A DNA stretch of 25,340 nucleotides, from contig NW_008246145.1 in assembly GCF_000281045.1 (NCBI RefSeq), positions 143,760 through 169,099 on the forward strand. The letters are read 5' to 3'. Shown here in pieces: positions 20,493 to 25,340 of this stretch. Numbering within the stretch: the stretch's first letter is position 1; each line of letters starts with the position of its first letter. The translations under genes and the position numbers were made by a program. Origin of the DNA: Saprolegnia diclina VS20. Taxonomy: Eukaryota. Under the pieces are notes generated by a model. It ran no database searches. It was not told the DNA's origin and saw only the letters and a list, made by a program, of their open reading frames with translations.

Positions 20493-21365
20493 ATGGAGTG
20501 GCTCGAAATCGCCAAGGACCTCAACGCCGGCACGGTCGGCGGCGTCGCCGGTATTGTCGCGGGCCATCCGCTCGACACAATCAAGGTGCGCCTCCAGACG
20601 CAGTGCCACACGTCGTCACACGGCATTGCCTCGTCGATTCGCGCGATCGCCGCGACCGAAGGCTTTCGTGGCTTTTACAAGGGCATGCTGTCCCCGATCC
20701 TCTCAAACGCACCGATCAACGCGGTTGTCTTTGCCATTTACGGCCAAGTCTCGCGCCTCTTTCTCCAAGACAAGAAGGAGCTCACGCCGACGGAGCAGCT
20801 CATCGCCGGGTCGGCGGCCGGCCTCTTTCAAGTGTCATTTGCGGCACCGGCCGAGCTCGTCAAGATCACGATGCAAGTCAACAACTACCCGAGCAACTAC
20901 TCGTCCATCACGTGCGCCAAGGACATTCTCGCGAGCCAAGGCATGAAGGGCCTGTACCGCGGGTGGCAGCTCAACATGCTCCGTGACGTGCCGGCGTTTG
21001 GCTCGTACTTTTACTCGTACGAGCTGCTCAAGCACTGGCTCACGGACGGCTGCTCCGAGAACGAGACGACCATGAACCTCCTCCTCGCGGGTGGCTCGGC
21101 CGGCTCGATCTCATGGATGGTCACGCAGCCCATTGACGTCGTCAAGACGCTCGTCCAGAGCCAGCCCGCGACGTCGCCGCTCTCGGCCCTCGAGGTTGTC
21201 AAGCACCACTACAAGCTCGAAGGCGCGGGCTTTCTCTTCCGCGGCTTTGGCGCAACGATCCTCCGCGCGTTTCCTGTCTCGGCCGTCACCTTCTTGGTGT
21301 ACGAACGCTCGATGCAGTACATGAACATGGATTTTGAGTACGCGCCCAACGTCGAGACGCAATAA
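20493..21365 (+). CDS. Mitochondrial carrier family (SLC25) protein, carnitine/basic amino acid carrier-like, 290 aa
   Basis: Three carrier signatures PLDTIKVRLQ, PAELVKITMQ and PIDVVKTLVQ, with GFYKG, GLYRG and FLFRG. RDVP and RAFP contact points are typical of amino acid/carnitine carriers. Confidence 0.95.
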   Translation: MEWLEIAKDLNAGTVGGVAGIVAGHPLDTIKVRLQTQCHTSSHGIASSIRAIAATEGFRGFYKGMLSPILSNAPINAVVFAIYGQVSRLFLQDKKELTPTEQLIAGSAAGLFQVSFAAPAELVKITMQVNNYPSNYSSITCAKDILASQGMKGLYRGWQLNMLRDVPAFGSYFYSYELLKHWLTDGCSENETTMNLLLAGGSAGSISWMVTQPIDVVKTLVQSQPATSPLSALEVVKHHYKLEGAGFLFRGFGATILRAFPVSAVTFLVYERSMQYMNMDFEYAPNVETQ

Positions 21366-21866
21366 GACCCGAGTCCACCGTAATAAGTACAAATTGAAAT
21401 ACAAAATGCCTGGCGAAAACACTGTCGACTCTGTACGATGGCACGAGCCGTGGGACTTGGCGAGCGACACCAGATTCCATGGCCTGCGGCAATGAATCTT
21501 AAAAAGTGAGGACGGCGTCGGCGCCTCGGCCCATATTATTGCAGCGACGGTGATGGGTCAAGGTGAAAATAATGCACGAGCAGTGGCGATCGACGACGCC
21601 ACCGTACCGTGCACCCCAAGCGGCGACCACAAGAATTCGTTGCAGCCATGCAGCTGGGTTTTAAATGTGGCATGTGCCGAAATGCAAAACCTCTCTTAAT
21701 TAATATTATGGCCGTCAATACAAACAGTAAGGTTGGCCACGTGGCGTCCGACGTGCTCCAGATAGCCAGGTCGATCCATATTATCGATGCTACGAGGGTA
21801 TTTAATATAAGAGGTTTTAAAAACGGCAATATCAAGTTTGAGAAATTTACAAGCCGACCGACAATA

Positions 21867-22352
21867 ATGGCGAGGCTGGCCGTGCTGCTGCTGCTCCTGG
21901 CACTGGTGGCCATAGTGGCTGCGCAGACCGATCCGCCGGGCTTCAACAACTCGGACATCATGGGCTGGCTCGGGAACCGCAAGAAGGACGACGATACGGA
22001 GCTTGTCTGGAGCATCACGATGCGTGGCTCGACCCTAAGCGTCAACACGACGGCCGCGCAGCGCGAGTGGGAAAAGCTCTACCGCATCAACGGCGACATC
22101 TTGCGCAACGACCATACCAATCTGTGCCTTGAAGCGGCGTACTCGGCGTCGGTGCTCCGCGTCTACGGCGCCATCTGCAACGCGTCCTCGCCCGAGCAAA
22201 CGTGGACCTTTGCGCACCGCCGGCTCGAGCACGCTATCTTTCGCCGCAACTGCCTCGCGATTGTCGATGGCGCGACGCCGGTCGTGCGCATGGAAACCTG
22301 CGACCAGTCGGCGGCCGTGCCCAGCAGTCAGAAGATCCGCTTCTTCCGCTAA
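21867..22352 (+). CDS. Secreted ricin-B-type (beta-trefoil) lectin-like protein, 161 aa
   Basis: Signal peptide MARLAVLLLLLALVAIVAA; subdomains NLCLEA...VYGAIC...PEQTW and NCLAI...VRMETC...SQKI. ATG at 21867 follows an AT-rich leader. Confidence 0.8.
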   Translation: MARLAVLLLLLALVAIVAAQTDPPGFNNSDIMGWLGNRKKDDDTELVWSITMRGSTLSVNTTAAQREWEKLYRINGDILRNDHTNLCLEAAYSASVLRVYGAICNASSPEQTWTFAHRRLEHAIFRRNCLAIVDGATPVVRMETCDQSAAVPSSQKIRFFR

Positions 22353-22380
22353 TAATGCCACTCGCCTGTATTTAACCTAT

Positions 22381-23105
22381 CTACTGTTGCCACTCTGAGA
22401 GGCCTTTGTCTACGGCGCTGCACCATGGCACAACAGCGAGCATCAAGCGTAAGCGTAAGCGTGCGAGGCTGATCCCTAAATTCGTTAGCTCCATGTGCGT
22501 GTGGCGAGGGCTCATCACGGAGCTCGTTTCGCAGCTAGCGCTGTTGTGGCATCGGTGCGTCGACGCCATCCTCGTCGATGTTACGCTCTGCCAGCAACCC
22601 TCACTTGCAGCTCGTGCTTGCAACGACATTAGCCCACCAACTTCTTGTGCCTACTAGCCAGCATTAATTAATGAACGAGTTATCTTCGTTGCTACAGATT
22701 TCGCATACGTAGAGACTAGCCAACTCCATCTCTTCATGCGTTCGCCGGGCTGTGGCTGTGCAGGCGGCGGCGCGGGGGCTCGTCTTGCTCTTCTGTGGCC
22801 ACCCTAGGACGCTTGCGGCCGCGGGTGAGGCCCATGACGACATAATCTGTAGAGTCCTTCTAGTCGTCGCGGTCGGCGGCAAAACTTCGCAGTTTGTTGA
22901 GGTCCTCGAGAAACGCCAGCGACTGAGGCGGCGTCAGCGACTGAGGCGGCGTCAGCGACTGAGGTGGTGTCAGTGACTGAGCTGGTGTCAGCGACTGAGC
23001 TGGTGTCAGCGACTGGAGGTCGCAACGCAGGACGATCGGCGACATATCCCGTGCGTTCTGATGGTACCAGCTCGTTGCCGTCCATCGATCCTTGGTTTTT
23101 ACCAT
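22381..23105 (-). pseudogene. Decayed coding sequence containing the 18-bp repeat
   Basis: Reads QSLAFLEDLNKLRSFAADRDD*KDSTDYVVMGLTRGRKRPRVATEEQDEPPRRR through an in-frame TAG. Further coding-like text (LLAERNIDEDGVDAPMPQQR*LRNELRDE) also carries stops. Confidence 0.35.
22917..23015. repeat. 18-bp minisatellite, 5.5 copies
   Basis: CAGCGACTGAGGCGGCGT x2, CAGCGACTGAGGTGGTGT, CAGTGACTGAGCTGGTGT, CAGCGACTGAGCTGGTGT, CAGCGACTG. Confidence 0.95.
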
Positions 23106-23225
23106 GGGTTTTTACGAAGGATATTAGTTGGTTTCCATAAAATGCAGTTGTATATATATTACATCGCCTTTATAACAGCAGACGACATTTTCTTTACATG
23201 CAGTAAACACATACTCTGCGGTCAC

Positions 23226-24602
23226 TTAGACCCGCTGTACGTTGGGCGTCGCCTCCACATGGACGTACGGGTCGTCCGAGAAACTCTTGCGCGTCTCGGT
23301 ATCTTCGCGGGCGAGAAGCGCTTTGAACTCACTGTCGAGCTTCGAGTGGTCTTCGTTGTTGTCAAACATGCAAAACACGGTCAGGACGATCGTGAGCGCA
23401 GAGATGGCTGCAAACGTGTACCACGTGCCAACGTAGCCGAAGCTCGGGTTGGTGACCCAGAGCGAAAAGCCATACGACCCAATCGACGCGCCGGCCTTGC
23501 CCATGGCGGCCGAGAAGCCGTGGCACGTGCTCTTGATCGCCGTCGGGTACATTTCCGTCGGCATGACGAACGTCGACGTGTTGGGCCCAAAGTTGGAGAA
23601 GAAGAGCGTCAAGCCAAAGAGGATGATGAAGACCGTGCTTTGGTCCTTGATCGTGTCCCAGCCAATGCCGAGGATCAGAAAGATGATCGTCATGAAGCAA
23701 AGGCCTTGCAGCTGAATCACTTTGCGGCCGAGCTTGTTGATGAAGAAGACAGCAACGTAGTAGCCGGGCAGCGCGACACACGAGATCAAGACGTTCTGCA
23801 CGGCGATCGTGCGCAGATCCGACTTGGCGCCAACGACCGTGAGAATCGACGCCGAAAAGAGATTTTGCGCGTAAAACACAATGTCAAAGAGGAACCACGT
23901 GCCGGCCGTACCCAGGAGGCTGCGGCCATAGTGCTTGAGGATAAAGGTCCAGCGCACGGCCTTGACCGACACTTGGTCGGCCATCATCGCACGGTACGCC
24001 GTGGGCTCTTCGGCCGTGACGCGGTAGTAGACAAGAAACAAGGCCGGGAGCACGCCAATGCCAAAGAGGATGCGCCACATGAGTTCGAGGTCGCGCTTGG
24101 ACTTGTCGTCAAAGACGTTGACCATGACGAGACCCATGATGCCGGCAAAGAGAAACCCGACCCCTTGCAGGGAGAACGTGAGCGCGACACGACGATTACG
24201 GTCCGCAGGTGACGTGGCATCCTCCGACGACGACGCGGCCGCGAGAGGATACTCACCGCCGATACCAAACCCGAGGATACCGCGCGCAAAGATGAGGAAC
24301 CAGAGCGTGTTGTGGCCCGACCCGCCGTACGCTGCGGCGCAGAGAATTCCGCCAAAGATAAGCAGCGCACATGTCGCGACCATGCATTTCTTGCGGCCGT
24401 AGACGTCGCCGAGGAAGCCAAACGCGAGCTGCCCGAGGACCGCGCCAATGAGCGCGGCGGACGAGACGTTGGACTTCATCGAGGCCGTGTACACGCCCTT
24501 GCCGTACTGGTCTTGGAGGATCACGTTGATAATGTTGATGACCGAGAGGTCATAGGCGTCGTTGAAGAAGCCGAGACCGCGGAGGAAGAACTTGTTGACC
24601 AT
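23226..24602 (-). CDS. Inorganic phosphate:H+ symporter (MFS, PHO84/PHT1 family), 458 aa
   Basis: Motifs GLGFFNDAYDL, GQLAFGFLGDVYGRKK, RGILGFGIGGEYPLAA, WFLFDIVFY, NFGPNTSTF, PTEMYPT and STCHGFSAAMGKAGA, with about 12 TM segments. ATG at 24602. Confidence 0.96.
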   Translation of the reverse strand: MVNKFFLRGLGFFNDAYDLSVINIINVILQDQYGKGVYTASMKSNVSSAALIGAVLGQLAFGFLGDVYGRKKCMVATCALLIFGGILCAAAYGGSGHNTLWFLIFARGILGFGIGGEYPLAAASSSEDATSPADRNRRVALTFSLQGVGFLFAGIMGLVMVNVFDDKSKRDLELMWRILFGIGVLPALFLVYYRVTAEEPTAYRAMMADQVSVKAVRWTFILKHYGRSLLGTAGTWFLFDIVFYAQNLFSASILTVVGAKSDLRTIAVQNVLISCVALPGYYVAVFFINKLGRKVIQLQGLCFMTIIFLILGIGWDTIKDQSTVFIILFGLTLFFSNFGPNTSTFVMPTEMYPTAIKSTCHGFSAAMGKAGASIGSYGFSLWVTNPSFGYVGTWYTFAAISALTIVLTVFCMFDNNEDHSKLDSEFKALLAREDTETRKSFSDDPYVHVEATPNVQRV

Positions 24603-25195
24603 CGTAGAGGCGCAACGCGGTCGGTTCAAGCGGTGGGCGGCGCAAAGGCGAAGTGCGAGTGAGCGAGAATGCTACGAGTGCGGTAATTAATGTTCCACGT
24701 CAAGGCATATCTTGGAAGATTAGGCTAAGCGCGCGAGCTCTCGCTCTGAGTATGCTCTGGAATCTTGGCCATTCGACGAACATCAAGAGGGACCACCATG
24801 GTGTCGCTGATCTTGGGTGTCGATTTTGCGTGCATATGTCCAGTGCTGGGAAGACTGATGACTCTGCTTGGAGAAAGGCGGCTCGGTCCAGAGGGGTGGC
24901 ATGGATCCCCAAGAGGCTGGGCGACGGCATTGGATGCGAGGAACTTGCGCGGTGGTTTCATTGCATTCGCACCGACGTGCACGCGACACCTTGTCAACCA
25001 TAGGATCTGATGAAAGGCTCGCTGTTACTACACTATGATCAACTACAACTACTGCGCGAATGCCGACACCTTGACGAGGCGAGGTTTCGTCTCGCTTCGA
25101 GTACACCACCGGACGACACGTACTCGGACATCTAGTACTCGGGCATCGCCATGCGGCGCATGCTTGCCAGCAGAGTCGCCGAGTGACACTGCACC

Positions 25196-25340
25196 ATGAG
25201 CTACTCGCCAGCGATCGCGATCGACGGCCTACACTTAAGACGGCGCGGGCGGCAAGGTCGTCCCGCACGTGGTGCCCCGTCCGCTCACCCTCGACGAGAT
25301 GGCTGCGATCGTCGAACAGGTTGCGACCGCCGCGCGCAAC
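25196..25340 (+). pseudogene. Old Yellow Enzyme (NADH:flavin oxidoreductase / OPR-like) fragment, disrupted, continuing beyond the window
   Basis: 25239-25340 reads DGAGGKVVPHVVPRPLTLDEMAAIVEQVATAARN, matching the OYE PRxLTxxEIxxIVxxFxxAAxNA segment. It is preceded by an in-frame TAA (25236-25238), with SPAIAIDG in a different frame. Confidence 0.65.

Noticed and set aside
21609..21866. N-terminal extension of the 247-aa ORF before the lectin ATG
   Set aside because: AT-rich promoter-like DNA with a non-ATG start. The signal peptide begins at 21867.
22917..23015. Possible CRISPR array
   Set aside because: The units are contiguous with no unique spacers, the context is eukaryotic and there are no cas genes.
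23061..24662. 383-aa plus-strand ORF 23061-24212 and similar overlapping ORFs
   Set aside because: Antisense shadow of the phosphate transporter.

Overview
Gene-dense, GC-rich eukaryotic DNA, most likely from an oomycete of the Saprolegniales type. That assignment is an inference from GC3-biased codons, 42-54 nt GT-AG introns, oomycete-like TCATTT initiator motifs and the gene content. In order along the window: a spliced PH-like-domain gene running off the left edge (-); a degraded coding remnant (~1.3-2.1 kb); a ~1988-aa GT48 1,3-beta-glucan/callose synthase with an MIT-like N-terminal exon and a 10-Cys insert (+); four small uncharacterised two-TM protein genes forming two paralog pairs, one pair sharing a conserved 10-Cys ectodomain; a 10-exon WBP11-like splicing factor that the ORF track shows only as fragments (-); a single-pass TKL-type kinase with DFA instead of DFG (-); a probable cryptic multi-exon gene (-); an SLC25 mitochondrial carrier (+); a secreted ricin-B-type lectin (+); an 18-bp minisatellite inside a decayed ORF; a PHO84/PHT1-type phosphate transporter (-); and an Old Yellow Enzyme remnant at the right edge. 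I found no rRNA, tRNA, CRISPR array or intact transposase. All splice models were assembled by eye and need RNA-seq confirmation.
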